From the NCBI GenBank assembly GCA_016184005.1, contig JACPDL010000004.1, positions 14,107 to 78,106 of the forward strand: a DNA stretch of 64,000 nt, in the 5' to 3' direction. Within the stretch, counting starts at the first letter, position 1. Every line of letters starts with the position of its first letter. A program made the position numbers and the translations under genes. This document shows, one piece after another, positions 17,925-28,114 of this stretch. This DNA is from Candidatus Aenigmatarchaeota archaeon. Lineage in GTDB: Archaea; Aenigmatarchaeota; Aenigmatarchaeia; GW2011-AR5. The notes under the pieces were generated by a model. It ran no database searches. It was given only the letters and a program-made list of their open reading frames with translations, and was not told the DNA's origin.

Positions 17925-19322
17925 CTAATGCATTCTGCCCTTGTGAAGTTCAAGGCCTTGTCCTGTCTGGAACTGTTTCTTGCAGACAAGGCAGGAGAAG
18001 CCCTGGGGTTTTACGCGCTCTTTTTTTCTTGAACCCATGATTCTAAACGGGTAATTCACGGGGTTCTTTATTGTTATCCTTTCCGTTCTGCCCTTGCATA
18101 CATTGTCAGGTCTGCATATCCCAATGTCTTTGTAATACATTGCAACACTGCAGTTGGCGGGCGGCTTTGCTGTGTGCTGCTCCTGATAGCGCAACTGTGC
18201 AAGGAGATAATTTCTTGGAAGCGGTGGCTTGTTCTTTTCATTCCACTGGAACACCTTTTCCTGTATTTCTTCCAGTTTCCAGTTCATCATCCTTAGGAAA
18301 TTTATCAGGATGAAAAGGCTTCTTTTTCTGCCGTCCTGCATCCCTGAAAGAACAAGCCTGATGCAGGGCGGAAAAATATCCTCGCTGATCTTATTTTCCC
18401 ATTGTATCCTCGGCTTCTTCCCGGTTTCATTTCTTTCTGCTTTCTTGTGCATGGCGCGCCAGTCCATTGCAGCAAGAAACAGCGCTTCTGCAGAATTTTC
18501 TTCGGATATGAAGAATTCGGTTTCAGTGCTGATCTTTTCAGGCTTCGCTTCTGATTCGGAAAATGTCATTATGTCCTTGTGGCTTAATGGCAGCGATGCC
18601 AGCCAAGTCTTTTCGTTTAGGCTGTACGGTGCCCGGAACATGTGCCTTACTCCCCAGTTCTTCTCTACCTCCACGAAATAAAACGGATTCAGTTTGCTTG
18701 GCGGCTCAGCCAGCGAGTTTATGAGCTCGTTTGCTCCTCTTGATTTTACAAGTTCCTTCATTAGTTTTTTTGCTATTTTTTTCCTTATGTAAGCTGCCAG
18801 AATCCTCGCGGCATCCGGGTATAATTTTTGCAGCGGTTTGTAGTCGACCTCTTTTGGGAAGCTTTCCCATGGGATACATATATGGAATCCTCTGCGGCCT
18901 GAGAATTTGATCCCGAATGTCACGCCGTTTTTTTTGAGTAGCCTGCATATTAAGTCGGCAGTAATCTTTGATTCTTGCAAACCGATTTTTGAGTCTATGT
19001 CTATTATCAGGTCCCATCCGGTGCGCAGTTTTTCATAGTTATCCTGCCTGAGTGCCATTGGATTGCTCCAGTGTTCGACAGAAATGTGGAATGAAGTCAC
19101 ACCATTCTTGGCCATCTGGAATACGTCTGTAGGAAACTGAAGTATGTTCGGCCTCTTGTCATATGACCCGTCCCAGAATGCGCCGGCGACTTCCCTGTTT
19201 TTTGAGCTTTTGATAAGAGAATCAGCTATATCTTTCCTGGAGTAGTATTCAAGGATCTGCTGGCGGTTCATAGAACTAGTAAGGGTAAAAGAAATAAAAG
19301 GGTGCAAATCCAGCGTTTGCAA
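17925..19322 (-). CDS. fused DNA primase: PriS catalytic domain plus PriL-like C-terminal domain with a terminal zinc finger
   Basis: DLIIDIDSK and FSGRRGFHICI archaeo-eukaryotic primase motifs at the N-terminus; FPPCIRLVLSG PriL-CTD-like segment; C-terminal CLVCKKQF...H zinc finger. Confidence 0.65.
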   Translation of the reverse strand: MQTLDLHPFISFTLTSSMNRQQILEYYSRKDIADSLIKSSKNREVAGAFWDGSYDKRPNILQFPTDVFQMAKNGVTSFHISVEHWSNPMALRQDNYEKLRTGWDLIIDIDSKIGLQESKITADLICRLLKKNGVTFGIKFSGRRGFHICIPWESFPKEVDYKPLQKLYPDAARILAAYIRKKIAKKLMKELVKSRGANELINSLAEPPSKLNPFYFVEVEKNWGVRHMFRAPYSLNEKTWLASLPLSHKDIMTFSESEAKPEKISTETEFFISEENSAEALFLAAMDWRAMHKKAERNETGKKPRIQWENKISEDIFPPCIRLVLSGMQDGRKRSLFILINFLRMMNWKLEEIQEKVFQWNEKNKPPLPRNYLLAQLRYQEQHTAKPPANCSVAMYYKDIGICRPDNVCKGRTERITIKNPVNYPFRIMGSRKKERVKPQGFSCLVCKKQFQTGQGLELHKGRMH

Positions 19323-19331
19323 GGCTAGTAC

Positions 19332-19790
19332 TTACTTCACAAGCAGCCTTGCCTGGTCTATGCTGTATTTCCAGCCTTTCGGCAATTTTCCTGTCCGGGC
19401 ATAATACTTTCCCAGCCTTCGTATCTTGGATTCGACGAGCTCCACGCCGTGGATGGCCTTTGCATCTGCCTTGTTTTCCCCCAGATGCCTGTGCAGGTTG
19501 ACAGCCTGCTTCATCAGGTTGTACAAATCCTCCGGGACTTGTTTTTTTGCTGCCTTTTCCGTAATCTTTGCTATGCGCAAACCAAAGGCACGAACATCAG
19601 GAATGCCATATTGGTCCCTTAAGACGATGCCTATCTGGCTCGACGGCCTGCCGTCTTTCGCAAGCTTAACTATGAGCTTTTCCGCCTCTTCCTTGTCGTA
19701 AGCAAGCCATTCCTGGCGTATGCGCTTAATAGGCTTCTTGCTGCCGGATCTGCCGTGTTTTCTTGAATGCATTCGTGCCATGTTAATCAC
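19332..19790 (-). CDS. rps15: ribosomal protein S15 (S13e)
   Basis: 152 aa; C-terminal LHRHLGENKADAKAIHGVELVESKIRRLGKYY matches S15. Confidence 0.85.
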   Translation of the reverse strand: MINMARMHSRKHGRSGSKKPIKRIRQEWLAYDKEEAEKLIVKLAKDGRPSSQIGIVLRDQYGIPDVRAFGLRIAKITEKAAKKQVPEDLYNLMKQAVNLHRHLGENKADAKAIHGVELVESKIRRLGKYYARTGKLPKGWKYSIDQARLLVK

Positions 19791-19922
19791 AAAAATAATC
19801 TTCTTTCTTTTCTAGATTTTCTTTTTGGACATCTGCAGGAATTCTTAATTCCTGCGATGCAAGAAAAGCAACGCTTCTCTTCGCATACAAAGACTTTTTC
19901 TTTCTTAAAGAAAAAGGATTTG

Positions 19923-20522
19923 TTATCCAGCTCTTTCTCTGTATCTGCCGCGTTTCTCTATTTCATGCAACGTTTTAATAACTTTCTTTGCTTCGTCAAA
20001 TTTCTCTCCATAGGCTTCGATAGCCATTCTCCATACAATTTCTTTTATTTCATGATGGGTTGACTCAAGCGCTTCTTTGAGCACGTACAGGTCAACGGCT
20101 TTGTCCTCGGCTCTTTTGCTCTGGAAGCCCAGGCCGAAGTCGATTAAGTATACTTCATTCTCTTTTATTATCATGTTGCTTGTCGTCAGGTCGCCGTGTA
20201 TTATGCCGTAGTTGTGAAGCCTTGCAACAGATCCCGCTATTTTTCCCGCCAGCTCCGCTGCGTTTCCCGCGCTTATGGCGTCTCTTACCTTTTCGCCTTC
20301 AATAAACTCCATTTTCAGCGAGAAATCGCTTTCTTCCAGAATTCCCGGCACGTGCACGCCTGCCCTGCGCGCGGCGCGAAGCAGCGTCGCCTCGCTTTTC
20401 GTTCTCTTCCTTCTTAATTTGTCGTCTATCACAGGCAAACGATAGCCTTTTCTGACCCTTTTTTTCAGGATGCTGCCGTTCTCTTTGAGAATAACAGCTT
20501 CCGCGCCGTGGGCTATCTGCAT
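19923..20522 (-). CDS. bud32: KEOPS kinase Bud32
   Basis: RIO-like kinase motifs YGIIHGDLTTSNMIIKENEVYLIDFGLGF. Confidence 0.7.
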   Translation of the reverse strand: MQIAHGAEAVILKENGSILKKRVRKGYRLPVIDDKLRRKRTKSEATLLRAARRAGVHVPGILEESDFSLKMEFIEGEKVRDAISAGNAAELAGKIAGSVARLHNYGIIHGDLTTSNMIIKENEVYLIDFGLGFQSKRAEDKAVDLYVLKEALESTHHEIKEIVWRMAIEAYGEKFDEAKKVIKTLHEIEKRGRYRERAG

Positions 20523-20649
20523 GGATCAATTAACCAAGAATAAGCTTAAATTCTCAAAAAGCGCAGCTTTTTGGAATTCTCGAAATCCAAAGGATTTCAG
20601 AATAGGCGTTCCTGCGAGCAGTTTCTGCCTGTATGCTGCTGCCATAGAA

Positions 20650-21861
20650 TTACCCTTTTATCTCTGCAAGGAATTCTTCTTCGCCCATTTCTTTCCGGCC
20701 GCCCGTGTAAGGCAGCATTTTCTCAAGCTTCTGCCTGAAATTTTCGTCGTTTGCAGCTTTAACCATGAGGCTGTCTATCAACTGCGGGAACATCTTGCCA
20801 AGTTTCTGCAGGCGGTAGTTCGCTTTGATCTCGGGCCCAATGACTTCCCACAGGTCTTTGTCGTACTTCTTGAGAAACTTCTCGCTAACATCATTTTTTT
20901 CCATTGCTTCAATAGCCACTTGTACGGCTACTTTGCTTGATATCATTGCGTTGCCTACGCCTTCGCCGCTCAGCGGATCTATAAGGCTTGCGGCATCGCC
21001 AAGAAGCAGAAAGCCGTCGCCATAGCACTTCCTGTGATAACTCGCTATCGGAAGGCTCCACCCACGAACCCTCTCAACAAGTTCTGCATTTTTGAAGCGT
21101 TCTGTAAAAAGCGGGTTGTTTTTTATCTCATGTAAGAGCGCTTCCTGCAGGTTCACGTTCTTTTCATTCTTGTCCTTGACTATCATCCCGAGACCGACAT
21201 TCGCTTCGCCGTTTGGAAGCGGGAATATCCAGAAATATCCTGGAATGAGGGATTTTACCATGTGTATTTCTATTCTGTCCGTCATGCCTGTAACGCCGCG
21301 GTAATATGTCCGGATGGCAACTATGAAATGTTCCAGGGGGTTTTTGTTAAGGCCCATTTTTGTTGCCAGAACGCTGTTTGCGCCGTCCGCTGCAAGAACA
21401 ATCTTTGCCCTGTGTTCTTCTTTTTCTCCTTTCTTATTCGTGCCAACAATGCCTCTTACGAAGCCGTCTTCAACAATATAATCATTGACTGTCAGAACCC
21501 TGAATTCGGCCATGCTTTTTGCACACTGGAAGAGATAGTTGTCAAATACCATCCTCTTGTGCACGTATCCGGGAGCGGGCTTGTCGCGGCTCTCCACATC
21601 TACGTGGACCAGCGTGCCGTTGGGGCTGCTAAGCGTTATGCCGTATATCTTCTGTCCCGGCAGCTTCTCATAGCCCTCGTAAATACCAAGCTCCTTCATA
21701 ATAGTTGCTGCTTTCCTGCCCTGGGCATCCCCGCATATCTTATCCCTCGGGAACTCTGCCATGTCTACAAGAAGCGCTTTTTTGCCTGCCTTGGAAAGAT
21801 ACATGGCAGCCGTGGCTCCGGAAGGGCCGGCGCCTACAATAATTACATCAAAATCTGTCAT
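20650..21861 (-). CDS. geranylgeranyl reductase (FAD-dependent, archaeal lipid saturation)
   Basis: DVIIVGAGPSGATAAMYL FAD fingerprint plus the PRDKICGDA motif characteristic of GGR. Confidence 0.85.
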   Translation of the reverse strand: MTDFDVIIVGAGPSGATAAMYLSKAGKKALLVDMAEFPRDKICGDAQGRKAATIMKELGIYEGYEKLPGQKIYGITLSSPNGTLVHVDVESRDKPAPGYVHKRMVFDNYLFQCAKSMAEFRVLTVNDYIVEDGFVRGIVGTNKKGEKEEHRAKIVLAADGANSVLATKMGLNKNPLEHFIVAIRTYYRGVTGMTDRIEIHMVKSLIPGYFWIFPLPNGEANVGLGMIVKDKNEKNVNLQEALLHEIKNNPLFTERFKNAELVERVRGWSLPIASYHRKCYGDGFLLLGDAASLIDPLSGEGVGNAMISSKVAVQVAIEAMEKNDVSEKFLKKYDKDLWEVIGPEIKANYRLQKLGKMFPQLIDSLMVKAANDENFRQKLEKMLPYTGGRKEMGEEEFLAEIKG

Positions 21862-22154
21862 GGTAACCAGACTTTCTTAGACAAAAATACTTTTAAAAGT
21901 TAATTTAAGTTGGGTTTTTATACCTTTGGGCCGACACGCTTAGTTCTTTGCAGGTATGATTATATATACTATTTACAGGAAGTATATTCTGTATATGCCA
22001 GAAAATAATAACCACATGTCTACCATACGCATCTCCAAGAAAGCAAAAAAGATGCTTGAATCTTTCGGGCAATTTTCTGATACTTATGAGATTGTAATTG
22101 TGAAATTAGCTGAACACTACAAAAACTGCAAAAAGCACAGCAAGGTGAAAAATA

Positions 22155-24578
22155 ATGGTGCGTCTTGACAGGATAACCATGCAGGGCTTCAAGAGCTTTG
22201 CCGGCAAAGTGACCGTCCCGTTCCCTGCAGGCTTCAATATAGTCTGTGGTCCGAACGGCTCAGGCAAGTCCAATATAGTCGATGCACTAACATTTGTTCT
22301 CGGCACTGCATCGGCGAGAAGCATCCGGGCGCAAAAGCTCCAGAACCTTATCTTCAACGGGGGCGCTGACAAGAAGCCCGCCGAATTTTGCGAGGTTACA
22401 CTTTATCTCGACAACTCCGACAACAAAATACCGACAAACGAGACCGAAGTAAAAATCACTAGGCGAATAACGCGGTCTGGAATAAGCGTATACAAGCTTA
22501 ACGGCCGGACAGTCACAAGGAACAAGATCCAGGATTTGCTGGCAAATGCAAACATGTCTTCTGACGGCTATAACATCATCATGCAGGGCGATGTAACAAG
22601 GATAATTGAAATGGGCCTGCAGGAAAGAAGGGAGATAATAGATGAAGTTGCGGGGATAAAGGAATTCGATGAAAAGCGCGAGAAAGCAACAAGGGAGCTG
22701 GAGCGTGTAGAGCTGCGTGTCAGGGAAAATATGATTGTTGTTGCAGAAAAACAAAGATATGTCCAGCGGTTGAAAACAGAAAAGGAAATTGCAGAAAAAT
22801 ACGTTGATCTCAGCGAGAAATTACATATTTACCGTGCATCTTCGTTGCATAAAAAACTGACGGAGGCTGAGGAAAAGGGGGCTGTCATAGACAACGAAAT
22901 TAATGAAAAAACTTCTCTTTTTGAAGAAAAATCAAGGGTTTTTGAAGAATCTGAAAAGGATCTGGAAAACAAGGAAAAGGCAATGAGGAAGATAGACGAT
23001 GAAATAATGCAGAAGACAAAGAACATAGATATTTTAAGAAAAGCCGATGCCATCCGTACAGAAATAATCAGAAAGAAAGACAGAATTGATTTTAATGAAA
23101 GAGAAATATCCAGGCTAAAGGAATTTGAGGTGCCTGAAAGGAATGCTGCTATTAAAGAAATCCTCGCTATGAAATCGCCGGGGATTCACGGGACAGTTGA
23201 TTCGTTGGTTGATGTCCCAAGCGAGTATTCCACAGCAATCGAGGTAGCTATAGGCAGGCATTCAAAAGATATTGTTGTTGCGGACCATGAAATAGCAACA
23301 GGCTGCATAAAGCACCTGAAAGCTAAAAAGATTGGACGTGCCCGTTTCCTGCCGCTGGATAGGATAAGGGGCAGGGAAAAGAAAGAATACAAGGGAAAAG
23401 AACACATAATAGGTTATGCAATAGATTTAGTCAGATATGACAGGAAATTTTCTCCTGCAATAGAATTCGTTATTGGTTCTACTTTGGTTGTAAAAAATAT
23501 AGACATTGCAAAGAAAATCAAGGGCTTCAGAATAGTCACGCTTGATGGCGATTTGGTCGAGCCTTCTGGTGCAATGATAGGCGGATTCTACAGGAAACAG
23601 CACCGAGAATCTTATGCGGCCAAGATAAGGCAGCTTGGGGAGGATAGTGAAAGGCTTGAAGACGAAATAAGATCTTTGGACAAGGAGCTTGGAAAGTATA
23701 ATCTGCAGGACAAGGGAGAAACTGCAAATGTACGGGAAGACAAGATAAAGATAGAAAAAGATATCGAGTCCGCAAGAAAAAGATGGAAAGACATGTTTGA
23801 GGAAAAAATGATACTGCAGAATAGTATAAGCAGACTGAAGATCGAAAAGGCAAGGATAGAAGCTAATCTTGATAACCTGAAAGTAGAAATGGAAGAATTC
23901 AAGGAGGTAAAAAATTTTGAGGAAGGCTCTGTTGACCTTTTACAGGAAAAAGTGAGGCATTTTGTAGCAGAGATTAACAGGCTTGGGCCTATTAACATGA
24001 AAGCTCTGGAAGAATACAAGACACTGAATGTAGAATTCGAAGAACTGAAGAAGATCTTGGATAAGCTCCTTGAAGAAAAAAATGCAATAGTGAAAATATC
24101 AGAGGATATCGAAAAGAAAAGATACGACAAGTTCATGGAAACTTTCACTGAAATAGCTGCAAAATTCTCGACAATATATTATGATATGTCAGGCGGAACA
24201 GGGAGACTAAGGCTTGAAGAAGAGAACAAGATTGATTCCGGCCTGATTATTGAAGCCAATCCTTCAGGGAAAAAAGTCCTTAACTTGGACAGCATGTCGG
24301 GCGGAGAAAAGACGCTGACGTCCTTGGCGTTCCTTTTTTCCATTCTGCAGCATTACATGACGCCGTTTTATGTCCTGGACGAAGTGGATGCAGCCCTAGA
24401 CAAGCCGAACACAAAGAAGATAGCTGACCTGATCAAGAAATACTCAAAGAACGTGCAGTTCATCGTCATAAGCCACAATGACCTGACAATATCTGAGGCC
24501 GACAAAGTTTTCGGCGTGTCGATGGAAAACGGCGTTTCAAAGGTCTTTGGAATAGAATTGCCTGTGGCTAGCGAGTAA
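22155..24578 (+). CDS. smc: SMC-family chromosome segregation ATPase (short, 807 aa)
   Basis: N-terminal Walker A GPNGSGKSN, central hinge IHGTVDSLVDVPSEYSTAIEVAIG, C-terminal LSGGEKTLTSLAFLFS signature and Walker B YVLDEVDAALD. Confidence 0.8.
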   Translation: MVRLDRITMQGFKSFAGKVTVPFPAGFNIVCGPNGSGKSNIVDALTFVLGTASARSIRAQKLQNLIFNGGADKKPAEFCEVTLYLDNSDNKIPTNETEVKITRRITRSGISVYKLNGRTVTRNKIQDLLANANMSSDGYNIIMQGDVTRIIEMGLQERREIIDEVAGIKEFDEKREKATRELERVELRVRENMIVVAEKQRYVQRLKTEKEIAEKYVDLSEKLHIYRASSLHKKLTEAEEKGAVIDNEINEKTSLFEEKSRVFEESEKDLENKEKAMRKIDDEIMQKTKNIDILRKADAIRTEIIRKKDRIDFNEREISRLKEFEVPERNAAIKEILAMKSPGIHGTVDSLVDVPSEYSTAIEVAIGRHSKDIVVADHEIATGCIKHLKAKKIGRARFLPLDRIRGREKKEYKGKEHIIGYAIDLVRYDRKFSPAIEFVIGSTLVVKNIDIAKKIKGFRIVTLDGDLVEPSGAMIGGFYRKQHRESYAAKIRQLGEDSERLEDEIRSLDKELGKYNLQDKGETANVREDKIKIEKDIESARKRWKDMFEEKMILQNSISRLKIEKARIEANLDNLKVEMEEFKEVKNFEEGSVDLLQEKVRHFVAEINRLGPINMKALEEYKTLNVEFEELKKILDKLLEEKNAIVKISEDIEKKRYDKFMETFTEIAAKFSTIYYDMSGGTGRLRLEEENKIDSGLIIEANPSGKKVLNLDSMSGGEKTLTSLAFLFSILQHYMTPFYVLDEVDAALDKPNTKKIADLIKKYSKNVQFIVISHNDLTISEADKVFGVSMENGVSKVFGIELPVASE

Positions 24579-24591
24579 ATGGGCGGGTTTA

Positions 24592-25248
24592 ATGGTAGAC
24601 GAAGCAAGGCTTATAAGAACAATAGTTCTCGGTGCAGACTGGCACGAGGTACTGGAGAATATAGTTGTCGATGAAGACCTGGACCCTCTTGGGATAGATA
24701 TTGTAAAACTGGCCGAGGCCTTCATGAATTACTTGCAGAGTATCAAGAAGTTCGATTTCCGCATACCGGCCAGATTCATCCTGGTAGCTTCAATACTCCT
24801 CAGAATGAAATGCGAGTTGCTTTTAGAAGAGGAAGAAAAAGCAAGAAGGCAGGAACAGAAACTGCCGGAGATAAATCTGGAGAATATACCCCAGCTTTCG
24901 CCGCCGGTTGTAAGAAAACCTATAAGGAAAGTCACCCTCTCAGAACTGATATCTGCTCTGAATAAAGCCATGGAATTCAAGGAGAAGAAAGAAACAAAAC
25001 AAGTAAGACTCAGGCGGGCAGTAGAGACGCTTATCGAACCTGAAGAGGATATAGAATTAAGGATCTCTGGCATTTTCAGCAAGATTTCAAAGGCCGGCGA
25101 GATAAAATTCTCGGATCTTGTTCCTGCCTGGAAGAGGAGCGAAATAGTTGATACTTTCATGCCTCTTTTGTACTTGTGCATGCGCAGCAAGATATATTGT
25201 GACCAGCCGGAAATGTTCAGTGAAATATTCATCAAAGTTCGGGAATAG
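24592..25248 (+). CDS. scpA: segregation and condensation protein A (kleisin)
   Basis: 218 aa immediately downstream of smc; the FRIPARFILVASILLRMK region is ScpA-like. Confidence 0.55.
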   Translation: MVDEARLIRTIVLGADWHEVLENIVVDEDLDPLGIDIVKLAEAFMNYLQSIKKFDFRIPARFILVASILLRMKCELLLEEEEKARRQEQKLPEINLENIPQLSPPVVRKPIRKVTLSELISALNKAMEFKEKKETKQVRLRRAVETLIEPEEDIELRISGIFSKISKAGEIKFSDLVPAWKRSEIVDTFMPLLYLCMRSKIYCDQPEMFSEIFIKVRE

Positions 25249-25253
25249 ATCTT

Positions 25254-25775
25254 ATGAATGAAAAAACACAGCAAAGGCTTGCATTGCTTGAGGCAGCGCT
25301 TTTCACAACTACCGAACCTCTGAATATCGAGGATCTCCAGAAAACAACTAAGATAAGAAGGGAAGAACTGGAGAGGCTGATGAAAATGCTGGAAGAAAAG
25401 TATTCTTCAGCTGAAAGCGGAATAAAGCTGTCGACTGTAGGCGGCTACAGGCTAATGGTGAAGGAAGCCTTTGAGGAAAAGGTTTCCCACCTCACACCGC
25501 ACGCAGACCTTTCCAGAGGGCTGCTCCGGGTGCTTTCAATCATAGCTTACCACGAGCCCATAAAACAAGCAGACATCGTTAAGATAGTCGGCAACCGCGT
25601 TTATGACTACGTTAAAGAGCTTGAAGAAAAAGGGCTCGTGAAGACAGAGAAGAAGTCCAGGACAAAGGTTCTTTCGCTGACTCCGCAATTCGAGGAATAT
25701 TTCGGCGTTAAGAAGAAATTCATGAAGGAAAAAATAAACGAAATGAAGAATGACGAGCAGGATAAAGAAGAATGA
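25254..25775 (+). CDS. scpB: segregation and condensation protein B
   Basis: LEAALFTTTEPLNIEDL N-terminal motif and tandem winged helices typical of ScpB. Confidence 0.7.
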   Translation: MNEKTQQRLALLEAALFTTTEPLNIEDLQKTTKIRREELERLMKMLEEKYSSAESGIKLSTVGGYRLMVKEAFEEKVSHLTPHADLSRGLLRVLSIIAYHEPIKQADIVKIVGNRVYDYVKELEEKGLVKTEKKSRTKVLSLTPQFEEYFGVKKKFMKEKINEMKNDEQDKEE

Positions 25776-25779
25776 ATGA

Positions 25780-26370
25780 TCAGTTTATCTTGCCTGAAAT
25801 TTTTATTATTTCTCCCAAGACTTCCTCGGGGGCTCTGTTGCCGTCAACAATATACGTTTCTGGGAAAAGGTTTTTCATGGACAAATAGTTCCTTCTTATC
25901 TGCTCCAGTTTGTGCTCCTCTTCGAAGAGCTCCATGTGCGGCCGTGCCTTTTTCATCCTTTCCATGCAGATCTTCGGCTGTGTGTCAATTAAAATGGTAA
26001 TGTGCGGTTTCCTGAAATAGCTGTTTAATTGCTTCAGAACCGGCAACGAGACATCAAGGCTTCCAAATGCATAAGAGGAAAGGATGTACCTGTCACAAAT
26101 GACTATCTTGCCTTTTTTTAGAATCGGCTCGATTTCGCTCTGCACGTGGTGCGCCCTGTCAGCAGCGAAAAGCATCTGCAGTACAAGAGGTGATGTGTTC
26201 CACTCTTTCCTTAAGCAGGATTTTATCAGTCCACCCATCAGGCCTTCTGTCGGTTCTTTTGTGAGCACAGCATCTTTGTTTTTGCTTATGAAATAATTTC
26301 TTAGAAGCGTGGCCTGTGTCGTTATTCCGGACCCGTCTAGCCCCTCAAACACAATAAATTTTCCAGGCAT
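25780..26370 (-). CDS. tmk: thymidylate kinase
   Basis: FIVFEGLDGSGITTQ P-loop and DRY motif (ICDRYILSS). Confidence 0.85.
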   Translation of the reverse strand: MPGKFIVFEGLDGSGITTQATLLRNYFISKNKDAVLTKEPTEGLMGGLIKSCLRKEWNTSPLVLQMLFAADRAHHVQSEIEPILKKGKIVICDRYILSSYAFGSLDVSLPVLKQLNSYFRKPHITILIDTQPKICMERMKKARPHMELFEEEHKLEQIRRNYLSMKNLFPETYIVDGNRAPEEVLGEIIKISGKIN

Positions 26371-26437
26371 GTTTTTTCTTTACGCCCTGCAGCTATAAAT
26401 AGCTGAAATCAGCAGAAAACCAAAAAAGATGATCTAA

Positions 26438-26764
26438 TCAGCGCACAAAATAAGGGCTTCTTCCGGTTGGTTGCACACCTAATGGAGTTTCTGGGGTTTG
26501 GGCTTTTCCGCTGTTTGCTTCGTTGGCAAAGAATCTTGCATGCGCATCTTCTTCGGCACTTAAAGCATGTGCCAGGCAGTCTATTGGTGCAGTTCCAGTA
26601 TGATAGACATTCATTCCTGGATCGTCATGTGCATTTATCACATTGGCGTAACCTGTGTCGACTAAACGTCTATGCACGTATCGTTCTTTATCTTCAGGCT
26701 CTCCTTTAAATTCAGCTTCAAACGTTCTTCTTGCCGTTGCTACTTCTTCCATAGAGTAATTCAT
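26438..26764 (-). CDS. hypothetical protein
   Basis: 108-aa ORF with no recognisable family. Confidence 0.35.
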   Translation of the reverse strand: MNYSMEEVATARRTFEAEFKGEPEDKERYVHRRLVDTGYANVINAHDDPGMNVYHTGTAPIDCLAHALSAEEDAHARFFANEANSGKAQTPETPLGVQPTGRSPYFVR

Positions 26765-26776
26765 CCTTCATTCACC

Positions 26777-27100
26777 TCATTTTTTATTCTGCCTTGTTTC
26801 TTGACCGATCCATTTCAGGTAATCCGGGTTGCCTTTCACAATCTGCAATGCATTCACGCAGGGCATGCTGTAGCTGCTGTTTTCTTTCACGACCTTTATT
26901 ATTTTTTTAACCAGCTCTTTCTTCGTTTTTGCTACCAACAGGCTTTCGCCGTGCTGCTCAACCTTGCTGTTCCACCAGTACATAGACTCTATTTCTGGGA
27001 TTATGTTGATGCAGGCGGCAAGCCTTTCATGCAGCAGGATAGAGCCAATCTTTCGCGCTTCTTTGGCGTTTCTTGTTGTTATGTAAACGGCCACATGCAT
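26777..27100 (-). CDS. cutA: CutA1 divalent-cation tolerance protein (start likely MHVAVY)
   Basis: LAACINIIPEIESMYWWNSKVEQHGESLLVAKT...YSMPCVNALQIVKGNPDYLKWI matches CutA. Confidence 0.75.
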   Translation of the reverse strand: MHVAVYITTRNAKEARKIGSILLHERLAACINIIPEIESMYWWNSKVEQHGESLLVAKTKKELVKKIIKVVKENSSYSMPCVNALQIVKGNPDYLKWIGQETRQNKK

Positions 27101-27236
27101 GATTCTTACATAATTGACGTCCTGTTTTAAATTCTTAATGCAAAACAAACGTATACACTATACTGTATTCATGAGAAATTCGAATTAAAATAGAAGGCTT
27201 AAGAAGAATGCATTGGGATGTTAGGGGTGATAGCTT

Positions 27237-27416
27237 ATGGCTTACGTTAGATACAAGCTGCCTGAAGAGACGCACAAGATATTAAGAAAAGTGTGCAAAA
27301 AACTCGGGACGAAAGAATCAGAAATATCCAGGATAGCACTGATGGAATACCTCAAATCCCTGGGCTTGCTTTCAGAGAAAGTCAGGAGGATGAAGCTGAT
27401 AAGGTGGGGCAAATGA
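27237..27416 (+). CDS. ribbon-helix-helix (CopG/Arc-like) DNA-binding protein, 59 aa (below ORF-track cutoff)
   Basis: MAYVRYKLPEETHKILRKVCKKLGTKESEISRIALMEYL shows the RHH beta-strand plus two helices. Confidence 0.5.
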   Translation: MAYVRYKLPEETHKILRKVCKKLGTKESEISRIALMEYLKSLGLLSEKVRRMKLIRWGK

Positions 27417-27434
27417 TGTTGTCTTTGTACGACC

Positions 27435-27570
27435 ACCGACTTCAGTCGGTGGTTTCTTGAGACAACAGCATCCCAACGGCATTGAGCTTCACATGGTGGA
27501 ACTTCGTTCCACCTATGCAGGAAAAGCTTCGCTTTTCCAAGCATCTGCTGCCTAAAGGCAGCAGTTTTCA
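27435..27570. repeat. compound stem-loop element (CSL family), variant copy
   Basis: Outer stem CCCAACGGCATTGA/TCAATGCCGTTGCGG encloses inner hairpins CACCGACTTCAGTCGGTG and CTGCCTAAAGGCAG. Same architecture as 36555-36676 with compensatory base changes in the outer stem. Confidence 0.55.
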
Positions 27571-27586
27571 ATGCCGTTGCGGATGA

Positions 27587-28060
27587 TCAAGCCAGGGTCT
27601 TTTTCATAAGGTACCTGTGATATCCGATACCGTGATAGTCCTGCTCGAGTTTCTGTATCCTGAACCCGTGTTTTGAATACAGGTTTACAGTCGCGAGATT
27701 GAGGGGGTCTACGGTGGCAAAAACTGCCTGGGCAGACCGGCTCTTCAGCAAATCCAGAAATTTGCTGATCAAGACGGAGCCGATGCCCTTTTTCCTCAAA
27801 GATTCGTCAACGCACATGCTAAGAAGCCAGCCTTCTTTTTTCTCATGTTTCACGGCGCCTAACAGATAGCCAATAATATTTTTGTCAGCATCCCTGCAGA
27901 CCAGGAATGTATCCCCGAATAGCTCGGCAGATTGCCTGAAGAAATAGCGCGGATAGCCGTCAATGCCAAATATTTCTCTTTCGAGTTTGCAGAGTTTTTC
28001 TATATCATGCTTGAGCCTTTTCATATCGAGAAGCTCTATGACTATTTCTTCTTTTTGCAT
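27587..28060 (-). CDS. GNAT family N-acetyltransferase
   Basis: 157 aa with the acetyl-CoA-binding motif RKKGIGSVLISKFL. Confidence 0.75.
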   Translation of the reverse strand: MQKEEIVIELLDMKRLKHDIEKLCKLEREIFGIDGYPRYFFRQSAELFGDTFLVCRDADKNIIGYLLGAVKHEKKEGWLLSMCVDESLRKKGIGSVLISKFLDLLKSRSAQAVFATVDPLNLATVNLYSKHGFRIQKLEQDYHGIGYHRYLMKKTLA

Positions 28061-28114
28061 TTTACATACTCGAATACATAAAAATAAAAGAGTTAAGAAT
28101 AGTCTGGTATTCGG

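Noticed and set aside
23612-24148. 178-aa Ser/Leu/Phe-rich ORF on the minus strand
   Set aside because: Lies entirely antisense within the smc coding region; low-complexity shadow ORF.
27242-27571. 109-aa minus-strand ORF
   Set aside because: Overlaps the better-supported plus-strand RHH gene (27237-27416) and the CSL repeat element.
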